The notes beneath the pieces are model-generated. The model ran no database searches. It was given only the letters and a program-made list of their open reading frames with translations, and was not told the DNA's origin. A DNA stretch of 62,901 nt, the filler included, from Octopus bimaculoides (Eukaryota), in NCBI RefSeq assembly GCF_001194135.2. It is 3 parts of 3 records of this genome, joined end to end, with 100 filler letters (N's around TTAATTAATTAA, not from the genome) between each part and the next. Parts side by side here need not be neighbours in the genome. Positions count along the whole stretch, not along the records: positions 1 to 23,013 come from NC_068986.1; positions 23,114 to 51,729 come from NC_069002.1; 1 more part is not named here. One strand, written 5' to 3'. Both the position numbers and the translations under genes were made by a program. Of this stretch, positions 14,661 through 27,064 are shown in pieces (the first letter of the stretch is position 1; each line of letters starts with the position of its first letter).

Positions 14661-14788
14661 TAGAGTGAGTGAGAGAGTGAAAGAGTGAGATAGAGTGAGT
14701 GAGAGAGTGAAAGAGTGAGATAGAGTGAGTGAGAGAGTGAAAGAGTGAGATAGAGTGAGTGAGAGAGTGAAAGAGTGAGATAGAGTGA
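14661..14788 (+). repeat. 30-bp GA-rich minisatellite, ~4.3 copies
   Basis: tagagtgagtgagagagtgaaagagtgaga at 14661, 14691, 14721, 14751, plus a partial copy. Confidence 0.95.
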
Positions 14789-15028
14789 TTGAATCAGTGA
14801 GTGAGTGAGTGAGAGAGAGAGAGAGTGAGTGAGTGAGAGAGTGAGAGAGTGTGAGTTAGAGAGAGTGAGTGAGAGAGAGTAAGTGAGAGAGACATAGTGA
14901 CTGAGTTTGAGAAAGAGTGCCAGAGAGAAAAAGATACATATACACGAATATATACACACAGCACCAATATAAATACGTGTGTGTGTGTGTGTGTGTATGT
15001 GTGCCCGCGCTTGTGTGTGTGTGTGTGT

Positions 15029-15081
<53 letters not shown>

Positions 15082-16024
15082 TCGAATTTTATACAATTCG
15101 AATTTCTGTTAAAAATGTGTAATTTACAGAGATTGAAACTACTGGGTTCAGGGTCCAGCTTCCAAGTATTTCATTTCTCATCCCTGTAAGGACAGTAAAG
15201 ACCCAGGAAGACTTTTTACAGGCGCTGTATTATTTGAAAAAAAAAAAAAAATTCACTCCATGAATAACGATGTCTGCAATTTTAACCTATATACCGTCGA
15301 CACAATATTTATGTAGCCATTTATGTGTGTGTGTATGTTTATATGTGTTTGTATGTGTGTGTTTCTGTGTCTATTATAACAACTTTTCTATAATTGATAT
15401 TGTATATCTAGTCGAATTTCTCCTCAGTTCAGTCGTTGTTATTACTGTTTTATCATATGTAATGGATCACTGAGAGACGAAAAAAATGTCTTCAAAAGAA
15501 CTGAGAAAAAAAAATGTATATCATTTTCATTGTTGATTTTGGTGTACACTTTGATATTCGAAAGCATTTCAGACCAATATTTACTTCATGTTATATAGTA
15601 AACGTAGATATATAATACAATTGTTGGTCTTTATAAAAGCATATTTGATTTCGTTGTTTACATAAAGAAAAATTTAAAAATATAATATACATAAATAAAC
15701 TCATAAATATGCGCTATTTTTTTGTGAATAAAGCTGTACAGTTTTCGTCAAAAACACAGATACACACACACATAAACACACAGACACACAGAAACACGTA
15801 CACACAATTACTTTTACATATAAGCACACATATATTCTGCTATTCTTTTCTTTTACTTGTAGTTAAATACTTTTACTGCGAACAGGAAACGAGACAGAGT
15901 GATACATATAAGCGTGAAATGAGAGTGAGTGAGTGAGAGAGGGAAAGTGAGAGAGAGAGAGAGGGAGTGAGAGGGAGAGAGGGAGTGAGAGGGAGAGAGG
16001 GAGTGAGAAAGTGAGAGAATGAGT

Positions 16025-16087
<63 letters not shown>

Positions 16088-17080
16088 TGAGGGAGAGAAA
16101 CAGTAACTGTTTTTTTTTTTTTGTTTAAATGTTTACTTACACCTAGATTCGTTTCATGTTATTTACCCAATTATATTCTATTGATGTCTGATACGATTTA
16201 CCACTAGAAATAGACGAAAACCGTGAGATCCTGTAACTAAAAACAAGTTCAAACGTAATTCTCGACAAATCTGAATATCTCTAGAGAAAAAAATAGGCTG
16301 AGTCGGAAGTAATAACGCAAAAAGGCATAAAATTATGTTAAATGGAATCAACTAAACAGCGATAGTCAGTTAAAACTCTAACTTACGACAGAACTCCCCT
16401 GTGGCACAACAGGTTCACGACATTTCCGTGCGGGGAATTCATTATATTGTCAGAAATTGCTTTCTCGTTCCGCGAAGATTTAATTAAACCAAACAAGTAG
16501 TATGTTCCAAGAATATCAACACCGTGCGTAATTCTTTACAAAATTTACTCTGCTAAGGAAGCAATATTATCTACTGATTTCATATAAACGTAAAGAACGT
16601 GAAAAGGAGAAAAGAGAAAACTGATGTTTGGTTGAAAACATAGAGGAGCGTTTAATAAACTCCTACACGATTTACGGTTTCACACGCTCCTTAGCAACAT
16701 TTGATTAAGGGAAGTCTCAATGGGGTAATTTCGTCCAGTCTGCAATTCAGTACATAACACTTTATAATAAAGGAACTTAATTTTGATGCAAAAATTGCCT
16801 TCTCAGCAAACTCGTACCGATTTGTCAAGAACAGTTACTTGGCAAAGGATGCATTCGGAATAAATATACGGACGTTTCAGAAAAAGATTTATTAGATTAA
16901 CTTAGGAAGAACTGGGGTAATTTGTTTAGTATTTCTATTGATATTACACAAAGGTATAATATTCTGTGTATATATAATTACATCCATATATTAATTTCAT
17001 ATAATCGTAAATATACATATATATCTACTCACACGTGCATAGACGCACAGTCACATACATGTATGTATATTTGCATATCT

Positions 17081-17155
<75 letters not shown>

Positions 17156-18787
17156 ACTGTTTGGGTTTTTGGGCTTTAGTATATAGCTTTTCCTCCCGCC
17201 ATCCCGATCTGTATATACATATAAATATATATTAGCAAATAAGGTACTTATATTCCTGAAACACTTTTTGTCTCACTCAATCTACATATATACATTCATA
17301 NNNNNNNNNNTCAATGATATTTGTCAAAAATGAAATGGAAGAGATGAGATGTTAAAAAGCTGTAAGAAGTTTATTCATGCAGACAATCTTTTCGGACATA
17401 GACCTAAATTCATTTAGAATTTGTAAATATATACATATATGTAGACAGTATAAAGACACGAATTATTAAATGACCCTTAGTTTGAAGACGCTGGTCTAAG
17501 TGGCCTTTTGTGTCTCCAAGCAATTCATTTTACAAATCAGGACGCTGACACATGAGAAATCACGAGAAAAAAAAAAAAGAAAAACAGAGGAAATATGGGA
17601 TATATGACGTAAGGTCCAATTGGAAGTGTGAAAACGCAGTCGAAGTGCAAGGACGTTTTAGCGGGAAGTGTTCAACAGACCCCTCAATGTGTCTTACCAT
17701 CCATGGAATTACAGGGAACAGTTGAACAAATCGGCAACAAACGTAGACTGCCGACATCGACAAAACCCGAATACTAGAAACGTATTTGTGCAAGTTCAGC
17801 AAAATTTATCGTGCGTACGAGTCGTGAGATAGAAATTTCAAAATCAAACTTCTTTGATAAATTAATATTCATATGTCCGTGTGTACTTGTTTACATACCC
17901 CTTCGTTTCATATACATACAAAGGGTATTGCCCCATAAATCATGTGGATAATAGTTACATTTGTTCCGGTTATTTATTTGTTGTTTATTATTATTTTTTT
18001 TTTTGCACTTACTGGAATGTTGTCAAATGTTTAATTTTCTATGAAATATCTTGCACTATATGACCCACGAATGCAAAAGAGCAACATAGGCCATCAAACA
18101 ATGGAGTACAGATTTGTGTATACCTTGAATTCTACAATGAATTTATGACAATTTGCTTTCAATGAAGTAACCAATATATGTATTATGTTTTCGTGTGTCC
18201 CTTTTAGGTGTGACATATTCTGTGCTAATCAAGGGATCAGCAGTAAGTCCCAGCCGCAGATTCAGTTAAGGTGTCTTTCTGACTATGTGACAATGGCGCC
18301 GGTATATTTGTATGAATTGAAAATTCGTTTCTCCTTTTTAATTCGCTCTTTAACCTTTCCAGTTTTCTTTGTTTGCAAGTCTCATTCTGGCATATTGGGT
18401 TATGTGGAGGTAACGCGGTATTGCTTCACACCAGGAGACAGACAGAGTAAAAGAGAGAGACACAGAGATGTAAGTGACGGGGATGATGGCGGCAGTTTTA
18501 AAACTATGAAAAACAGACAAAATCCATATCGAATAATTCTAACCCAGATTTTTCCATTAATTGAATCTTAAAGAAATGGAAATGCTTATGGATTAAAAAA
18601 AAAAAATCTGCATTATTAAATAACATGCTAACACTAAATAAAATATTCATCGGTAAAATTTATCAAGTTCTGAATTCGGTGGGCTTCAAAGAATCAGGTA
18701 CCTATCCACCGCCAAACGCCGGTAGATATATATGCATATGTGGGTGTATATATATACGTGGGTGGGGTGTATAAAATGTAGTTATAC

Positions 18788-18945
18788 ATATGTGGCTGTG
18801 TAGTAAGAAACTTGATTTCCAACCACATTATTACAACCTTATGATTCCACTGCGTAGCAACTTGGGTAAATGTCTTTAGCTATAGCCTGGGGTAGACCAA
18901 AGTCTTGTGAGTGGATTTGGTAGTCGGAAACTTAAACAAATCATT

Positions 18946-18989
<44 letters not shown>

Positions 18990-19185
18990 CCCAACCACCG
19001 TTTGACAACCGATGCTGGTTTGTTTATGCTTCCGTAACAGTGGTTCGGCAAAACATATTGATAAAATAAGTCCCAGACTTCAAAGAAATAATTACTGGGG
19101 TTGAGTCATTCGAGTAAAACATTTCAACGCAGTGCTCCAGCATGGCCCCAGTCTAGTGACTAAAACTGTTGAAAGATAGAAAGAT
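18788..19185 (+). mobile_element. SINE family A copy
   Basis: Diverged match to head, core and tail of family A. Confidence 0.8.
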
Positions 19186-19599
19186 ATACATACACACACA
19201 GTACACATATATATATTTATATGTATGTAATGTATACAAGCACACACACAGACACACACACGAACACACACATACTCACAAATACACTGCAAAAATATGA
19301 AGTACTGTTCCATTATTGATGGAGTTAACAAAAGTACTGTATCAAATGAAAGATAAATATCATTCAATATACACAAGGCTTCGATTCGACTTTCTATTAG
19401 TTTCATGTCACTTGAAACACAATGGTTGGATAAGTGCGGTTTAGTTTGCCGAGTATTTTCCAATTATTGGGACTCCGAATTGAGAAATATCCGAAAAGAG
19501 CCCCGTACAAATATGGAAGCCTTACTTTTAACAAATCTGTGGCATGTAAAGAGGAGACTGTACATAGTAGAGTGGTATATAACGTAACTTTCACATGAT

Positions 19600-19934
19600 T
19601 GTTGTTGGCACTCGTCGCTTACGTCGTCGAGCGTTCCAGTTGATCCGATCAACGGAACAGCCTGCTGCGAAATTAACGTGCAAGTGGCTAAGCACTCCAC
19701 GGACACGCGTACCCTTAACGCAGTTCTCGGTGATATTCAGCGTGACACAGTGTGACAAGGCTGGCCCTTTGAAATACAGGTACAACAGAAACAGGAAGAG
19801 TGAGAGAAAGTTGTGGTGAAAGAGTACAGCAGAGTTCGCCACCACACCCTGCAGGAGCCTCGTGGAGCTTTAGGTGTTTTCGCTCAATAAACACTTACAA
19901 CGCCCGGTCTGGGAATGGAAACCGGGATCCTATG
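19600..19934 (-). mobile_element. SINE family C, antisense, abutting an RLE-LINE 3' end
   Basis: Reverse-complement match to 33350-33742. Confidence 0.8.
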
Positions 19935-19937
19935 ATC

Positions 19938-20200
19938 CTATTAGGCTTTTCAAAATCAGAAAGGAGAAACCTTATTGGAAGACTACAGATCCAATCCATC
20001 ACTAGAACTGCAAAAATCTTTAAAACTTACCTGAAATTTATCATTTAAATATATATGAGCATGTTTTGATATGCAACTATATGTATGAAAATACGTACAT
20101 AAAACATAAAAATCTGCATATACATACATACAAAAGCTATCTTGTTGATGTTGAAATTCCAATAAAGTAATCGTGGATATATCCTAGAAACCGTTTCTAT
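19938..20200 (+). mobile_element. 5'-truncated 3' end of the same RLE-LINE family
   Basis: LGFSKSERRNLIGRLQIQSITRTAKIFKTYLKFII*; nucleotide match to 20640-20790 and 29055-29230. Confidence 0.7.
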
Positions 20201-20289
20201 CTCTATTGGAAAGAAATCTTGAAATAAACTGAATAATGACATGCATACATGTAGCTAGGACACTCTATAATGAAACCTGTCGACAAGAT

Positions 20290-20830
20290 AACTCGGAGGA
20301 TAATGAAATAAGAAGCCGGTATGGTAGAAGCCATGGTCACTCATAATAAAATGGAATACCGATGGAACATACCCGTGAAGACCTCAATAAAAGGCACAAC
20401 AGACCTGATATCATGATTTGGGACAGAGGAGAGAAGCTGTCTACCATTGTGGATATTAGCTGCTCAGCGGTTGTTAACATAATGCTGAAGATCAGTGAAA
20501 AAGAGAACACCTATGCTGCACTATTGGGAAATCTGAAGTTACATTATCCAGATTACAAGTTCAGGTTTATAGCTGTAAATATTGGGGCCCTGTGATATGT
20601 AACGCGTTGCCTAAATACCAATCTTGAGAAATTAGGAGAAAGCTAATTCGCAGACTACAGATCCAATCTATCGCTGGAACTGTAACAATCACTAACCTTT
20701 TCCAGATGCTCATCATTTACGTATATATGAGCACATACATACATACATAGTTTAAAACAGAAATACCCCGTTGCTGATGTAGAGATTCCAATGACGGAGC
20801 CTTGCGTCTAGGTTTGAAATCGGCTCCATC
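20290..20830 (+). mobile_element. 3' end of a second restriction-endonuclease-type LINE (R4/NeSL-like)
   Basis: ORF 20362..20595 HNRPDIMIWDR...IVDISC...N....EKENTY..L...IGAL, then degraded LEKLG..RLQIQS and a (cata)n-rich 3'UTR. Confidence 0.8.
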
Positions 20831-22403
20831 ACTTTTGGCATGATATCGTGAAATAACACTGAGCAATGAAATACATAATCTTCGTGCCCGTATTTTCAAC
20901 ACCTTGTGGGGACAGCCCCGAAATTCACACCTGGTAAATAAAGGAGACATCAGGACTCGTTCAACGAGGCCCTTGCCCTGGTTTGTCATGAGGTATCATT
21001 CTCTATTGAAGCCAGCGGCCACGCGTTCTAGCTAGATGAGTGCGCTATTTCCCGCAGAAAATACGTCTGGAAACCAGACAACTGAAGAATATCGGGAATG
21101 AGATAGACCAGGCAGCTAAAATGGCTTGAAAGTGACTAACTGTGATAGGAGGCCAGCGGTGAAAAGCTATCGTAAAGAGAAGAGCAGATGTTGGTGCCCC
21201 ACTCACAAGCATTGCAATCGATTTAGTAGATTTGCAAAATCTCTTAGCAGCCCTTACAGTTTCTGCATCGAGCAAAGTATCTCTGATGTTTATTTCATCT
21301 GTATATATGCACGTATGGATTATATATACATACACACAAATGCATATATAACTATACATGAACGTAGTCTCATGAATATGTATATGCATGTATGTTTGTA
21401 TATATGTTTGTATGTATGTTTGTATATATGTTTGTATGTATGTTTGTATATATGTATATGCATGTATGTTTGTATGTTTATAGGTTTGTGCAAAAAAAGC
21501 TCCGACGCCGCAGAAAATGCATTCCTGTTGTATGCATGTATATGTATGTGTGTATGTGTGTGTGTGTGTATGTGTGTGTTTGTACATATATATGCATATG
21601 TATTGCGTGTCATTTCCCTTTTTCGGATACGAGGCTGTATGGTGAGGAATATTTGTCCTCCATTTCCAGCATATCGTATTACAGCAAATCATTTATTGAC
21701 GTAAATTAACTGTTCGCATGTTTCCCGATTTGATTTTACTTCTTAATTTTCTGAAGTCCATCAAAAGCTGGAAAATGGAAAACGAAAAGAAAACGCACTA
21801 CCATGATTTCCCTTAAATTTCGAAACCGTAATTTACTAAAATACGGTTACATTATTATTACTTTTTATTATAATGATTTTTATATTGAAGCATTTTATGG
21901 GAGGCATATTTAATAAACGTTAACGTGTGCATATTTTTTCCTAGTAATTCCGAAATTTTAAAATGTCAGACATTGAGATTCGGTAAAAGATATTCAACGT
22001 CTTTTTCAGGTTTATAAACAAAAACAGAAAAATATATTTATTCCAACTTATTTCCGTAAACATCTTTCATAAATTTGACTTTTACTGTGTTGAAGTATTC
22101 ATATGTCAGGTTACATTTGTGGCTTTGATGATATTTATATATTTGAATGGGAAAATGACCGTTTGGATTCTCTCTGTATACACATGGATCCGGATTAGAT
22201 GCCTACGAGAGACATCTTAACTAAATTACTTTTCATAGATATACACACACATCCGTATGTGTATGTGTGTGCGTTTGTGTGTGTGTATGTGTGTGAGAAG
22301 GAGAGTATGTGCGCATGCGCTGGGGGGTAAAATTGAATATAAATTTTAGATGAGGAAAAAAGGCTATGACTTTCCGCCACTCAGAAAGAGAATACCAGAT
22401 ACA

Positions 22404-22451
<48 letters not shown>

Positions 22452-22951
22452 CGAATGATACGGTAATTATTATTAGCATATATTTTTAAAATGCTTTATA
22501 ACGAATGATATAATGTTTATATGTCCGTTGATAGAATGGTAAACAACCCGGACAAATTACAGAGCAGCATTCCTTCGCCCGGTTCTTTTGCATAGGAACG
22601 CATAGGAATTGCTAAAATAAGGTACCAGTGAAGAAATCAGCGTTCATGTAGTCGACATGCTGCCTCTTCTGAAATTTGCTAACTATGAATCCAACAACGA
22701 CTCGGTGTCACTTTCATAGGAATATTGTCATTCGTAAGGAATTGAAAACGGGTAGCAAGAACTACAGTTCCTACGGCGCAGGAGAGATTGTTGTGGATTA
22801 TAGATTAAATAAATCGCATTATAACTATAAAAAGTAGACCCACAAGATGCTTATAAGAAGTTCACATATAATTTTAACCGTTGTTTATATGATTGCATGA
22901 ACACACACATACTCACATACATAATCACTGTCAGCATATATATGTGTGTGT

Positions 22952-22991
<40 letters not shown>

Positions 22992-23013
22992 GTGTGTGTG
23001 TGTGTGTGTGTGT

Positions 23014-23113
23014 NNNNNNNNNNNNNNNNNNNNNNNNNNNNNNNNNNNNNNNNNNNNTTAATTAATTAANNNNNNNNNNNNNNNNNNNNNNNNNNNNNNN
23101 NNNNNNNNNNNNN
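23014..23113. other. Assembly join marker 44N-TTAATTAATTAA-44N
   Basis: Exactly 100 nt; identical construct at 51730-51829. Confidence 0.9.
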
Positions 23114-24134
23114 CCCTCCCTCCCCGCCTCCCATTCTCTTGTCTTCTATTACACTCTCTTCCATCTTTCTCTCTCTCTCTGTCTCCCTTTCTCCCTACCG
23201 TCTCTTAATCGAACTCCCTCCCCCCCCTTCCTACTTTCTCTCTAACTCTTCCCTCCACTCCCTGTGATTGTTTATCCATCCTTTAAATGTTTTAATAAAG
23301 AATAAGGAGCCATCGTTTTCCCTTTATCGTCTGCTTATTTCAATCGGGGCAACAGTGAGAGAGAGATACGTTTGCATCTCATCGGAAGAAGTTCATCATA
23401 GAAATTCAAGGAACTCGTTCGTAGGCAAATACTTCACCTTCAAGAACTTCCTTCTTTTACTTTCACTACAAAATGCATTTATATAATATTTGGCGTTAAA
23501 AACAGCCCAAGTATTTCATTCATAATTTGGTTTGTTTATACAAACATACCTACCTACCTACCTACATACATTCATACATACATATATACATACATACATA
23601 CATATACATACGTACATACAAACATACATACATACATACATACGTACATAAACTTTCACACATACGCATTCGCACGCACATACATATTTATATAATATAT
23701 ACATACACACACGCATACATACATACATACATAAAACATAGATACATACATACACATACATACACATACATACATACATATATACATACATATATACATA
23801 CATACATAAACTCTTACACATACGCATTCGCACGCATATACACATACTTTTTAAAGATTTAACATTTATAATTATACCAATCAATTAATTTGCATGGATA
23901 TATACTTTGCTTGTATTTGACATCTCTTTTTTTCAAACAACAAAATTCTACGGAGAAACATCGTTAGGGACACTCCTGACCATCAAAATCCACTACAAAC
24001 AACTGAAACAACAATAACAACACCAGCAACTACCACCACTACCACCAACAACAACATTGCTACAAATCAACAACAATTAAACAACGCAAATTCAGAGAAT
24101 CCTAACATTGGCGTGGCTGTGTGTGTTAGGTGGG

Positions 24135-24190
24135 TGAAAGGGAGAGAGGGAGAGAGGGAGGGAGAGAGGGAGGGAGGACGAGAGAAGCCT
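24135..24190 (+). promoter_or_regulatory. GA-rich purine tract just upstream of the PRDM12 start codon (candidate proximal promoter/5'UTR element)
   Basis: gaaagggagagaggggagagagggagggagagaggggaggg directly 5' of ATG 24197; the function is inferred from position only. Confidence 0.3.
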
Positions 24191-24196
24191 TGAAGC

Positions 24197-24296
24197 ATGG
24201 AGATCACAAGAGACATTCTTCGAACCGTGTTGTACGGTCATTGGCGACTTACATCGAGTTTCACAGCAGGAGACGGTGGCGGAACGGCCGACACAG
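24197..24296 (+). CDS. PRDM12: PRDM12 coding exon 1 (MEITRDILRTVLYGHWRLTSSFTAGDGGGTADT/G)
   Basis: ATG at 24197 with an in-frame TGA 6 nt upstream; ITRDILRTVLYGHWR matches the conserved PRDM12 N-terminal motif ITSDILHSFLYGRWR; donor ACAG|GTAAGT, phase 1, fits exon 2. Confidence 0.88.
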
Positions 24297-24400
24297 GTAA
24301 GTTAATTTCTTAAAGTTTCTTACAACAGAACAAACATCTCGTTTATACTCAGGTAATTTGATGGTGACGACCACGATGATGATGATGATGATGATGATGA

Positions 24401-24800
24401 TAGTCCCACTGCGTGGCACCTTGGGCAAGTGTCTTCTACTATAGCCTCGGGCCAACCAAAGCCTTGTGAGTGGAATTCATAGACGGAAAATGAAAGAAGC
24501 CCGTCGTATATATGTATATATATATTGTGTGTATGTGTGTTTGTGTCTCCCTCTATAGCTGTATATCTGTGTATGTATGTATGTATGTATGTATGTACTT
24601 ATGTATGTGTTTGTCCCCCCAACATCGCTTGACAACCGATGCTGGCGTGTTTACGTCCTCGTAACTTAGCGGTTCGGCAAAAGAGACCGATAGAATAAGT
24701 ACTAGGCTTACAAAGAATAAGTCCTGGGGGTCGATTTGCTCGACTAAAGGCGGTGCTCCAGCATGGCCGCAGTCAAATGACTGAAACAAGAAAAAGTAAA
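24401..24800 (+). mobile_element. SINE family A copy (5'-truncated) at the start of PRDM12 intron 1
   Basis: agtcccactgcgtggcaccttgggcaagtgtc...cagcatggccgcagtcaaatgactgaaacaag. Confidence 0.85.
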
Positions 24801-24807
24801 GATAGAC

Positions 24808-24846
<39 letters not shown>

Positions 24847-25557
24847 NNNNNNNNNNNNNNNNNNNNNNNNNNNNNNNNNNNNNNNNNNNNNNNNNNNNNN
24901 NNNNNNNNNNNNNNNNNNNNNNNNNNNNNNNNNNNNNNNNNNNNNNNNNNNNNNNNNNNNNNNNNNNNNNNNNNNNNNNNNNNNNNNNNNNNNNNNNNNN
25001 NNNNNNNNNNNNNNNNNNNNNNNNNNNNNNNNNNNNNNNNNNNNNNNNNNNNNNNNNNNNNNNNNNNNNNNNNNNNNNNNNNNNNNNNNNNNNNNNNNNN
25101 NNNNNNNNNNNNNNNNNNNNNNNNNNNNNNNNNNNNNNNNNNNNNNNNNNNNNNNNNNNNNNNNNNNNNNNNNNNNNNNNNNNNNNNNNNNNNNNNNNNN
25201 NNNNNNNNNNNNNNNNNNNNNNNNNNNNNNNNNNNNNNNNNNNNNNNNNNNNNNNNNNNNNNNNNNNNNNNNNNNNNNNNNNNNNNNNNNNNNNNNNNNN
25301 NNNNNNNNNNNNNNNNNNNNNNNNNNNNNNNNNNNNNNNNNNNNNNNNNNNNNNNNNNNNNNNNNNNNNNNNNNNNNNNNNNNNNNNNNNNNNNNNNNNN
25401 NNNNNNNNNNNNNNNNNNNNNNNNNNNNNNNNNNNNNNNNNNNNNNNNNNNNNNNNNNNNNNNNNNNNNNNNNNNNNNNNNNNNNNNNNNNNNNNNNNNN
25501 NNNNNNNNNNNNNNNNNNNNNNNNNNNNNNNNNNNNNNNNNNNNNNNNNNNNNNNNN

Positions 25558-25596
<39 letters not shown>

Positions 25597-26826
25597 CAGA
25601 CATACAGACAGACAGACAGACAGATAGATAGATAGATGTACATTTATCCCCACGTAGAAAAAAAAATACAGCACCAGTGGTAGTAGTCGTGGTTTTTGAT
25701 GTAGGCGTTACCTTTTAAATAGACGACATACCATAAAGCCAACAAAACTTAGGGAAATTGGCGTTTGATGGTGGGCGGGGTCATGGAGCGAATCTGTTTC
25801 AACGTAAAGACCGCCCACCACAAGCATCAAACTCAAGTTCAATTTTTCAAGTTCATCTCTCTCTCACTCTGTCTCCCTCTATAGCTGTATATCTGTGTCC
25901 GTGTGTGTCTGTGTGCGCGTGCGCGTTTTGTTTTGCGCTTAGTTATAATAAACAAATCAACCCCAGGACTTATTCTTTGTAAGCCTAGTACTTATTCTAT
26001 CGAATTTGTGCCGAACCGCTAAGTTACGGGACGTAAACACACCAGCATCGGTTGTCAAGCGATGGTGGGGAAGGGGGACAAACACAGACACGCACAAATT
26101 TACACACACATTTGTTTAATGCGTAGGCGTGGCTGTCTGGTAAGAAGCNNNNNNNNNNNNNNNNNNNNNNNNNNNNNNNNNNNNNNNNNNNNNNNNNNNN
26201 NNNNNNNNNNNNNNNNNNNNNNNNNNNNNNNNNNNNNNNNNNNNNNNNNNNNNNNNNNNNNNNNNNNNNNNNNNNNNNNNNNNNNNNNNNNNNNNNNNNN
26301 NNNNNNNNNNNNNNNNNNNNNNNNNNNNNNNNNNNNNNNNNNNNNNNNNNNNNNNNNNNNNNNNNNNNNNNNNNNNNNNNNNNNNNNNNNNNNNNNNNNN
26401 NNNNNNNNNNNNNNNNNNNNNNNNNNNNNNNNNNNNNNNNNNNNNNNNNNNNNNNNNNNNNNNNNNNNNNNNNNNNNNNNNNNNNNNNNNNNNNNNNNNN
26501 NNNNNNNNNNNNNNNNNNNNNNNNNNNNNNNNNNNNNNNNNNNNNNNNNNNNNNNNNNNNNNNNNNNNNNNNNNNNNNNNNNNNNNNNNNNNNNNNNNNN
26601 NNNNNNNNNNNNNNNNNNNNNNNNNNNNNNNNNNNNNNNNNNNNNNNNNNNNNNNNNNNNNNNNNNNNNNNNNNNNNNNNNNNNNNNNNNNNNNNNNNNN
26701 NNNNNNNNNNNNNNNNNNNNNNNNNNNNNNNNNNNNNNNNNNNNNNNNNNNNNNNNNNNNNNNNNNNNNNNNNNNNNNNNNNNNNNNNNNNNNNNNNNNN
26801 NNNNNNNNNNNNNNNNNNNNNNNNNN

Positions 26827-27064
26827 GCTGTCAACTTAATGTGACAGTCCCCTGAAGGGAATAATACTACTGTTGGTTAGACCTAGGAAGCTGCACCGCT
26901 TCCTGTCGGCCTTGTCACATTTCCTGTGTCCTTATGTTTACAAGGGGGAGAGAACATAAGGACACAGGAAATGTGTCAAGGCTGACAGGAAGCGGTGCAG
27001 CTTCCTAGGTCTAACCAACAGTAGTATTATTCCCTTCAGGGGACTGTCACATTAAGTTGACAGC
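26827..27064. repeat. Near-perfect inverted repeat, 112-bp arms, 14-nt spacer, 2 mismatches
   Basis: 26827-26938 is the reverse complement of 26953-27064; the left arm starts at an N-gap edge. Confidence 0.95.

Noticed and set aside
14661-14788. Regular 30-bp repeats as a CRISPR-like array
   Set aside because: The units are contiguous with no spacers, are GA low-complexity, and lie in a eukaryotic context with no cas genes.
17560-17830. GC-richer stretch with a ~55-codon open frame on +
   Set aside because: No start, no convincing splice pair and no homology recognised.
21050-21300. Frame open except for three in-frame TGA codons, tempting as a TGA=Trp (mitochondrial/bacterial) insert
   Set aside because: No resemblance to mitochondrial proteins. 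IGNEIDQAAKMA*K*L is more like a decayed retrotransposon C-terminus, and only about 80 codons are involved.
1241-23884. ORFs rich in YI, CV, HT or TYIH repeats (e.g. 1241, 14612, 14897, 21045, 23527)
   Set aside because: These are translations of (TA)n, (CA)n and (TACA)n repeats.
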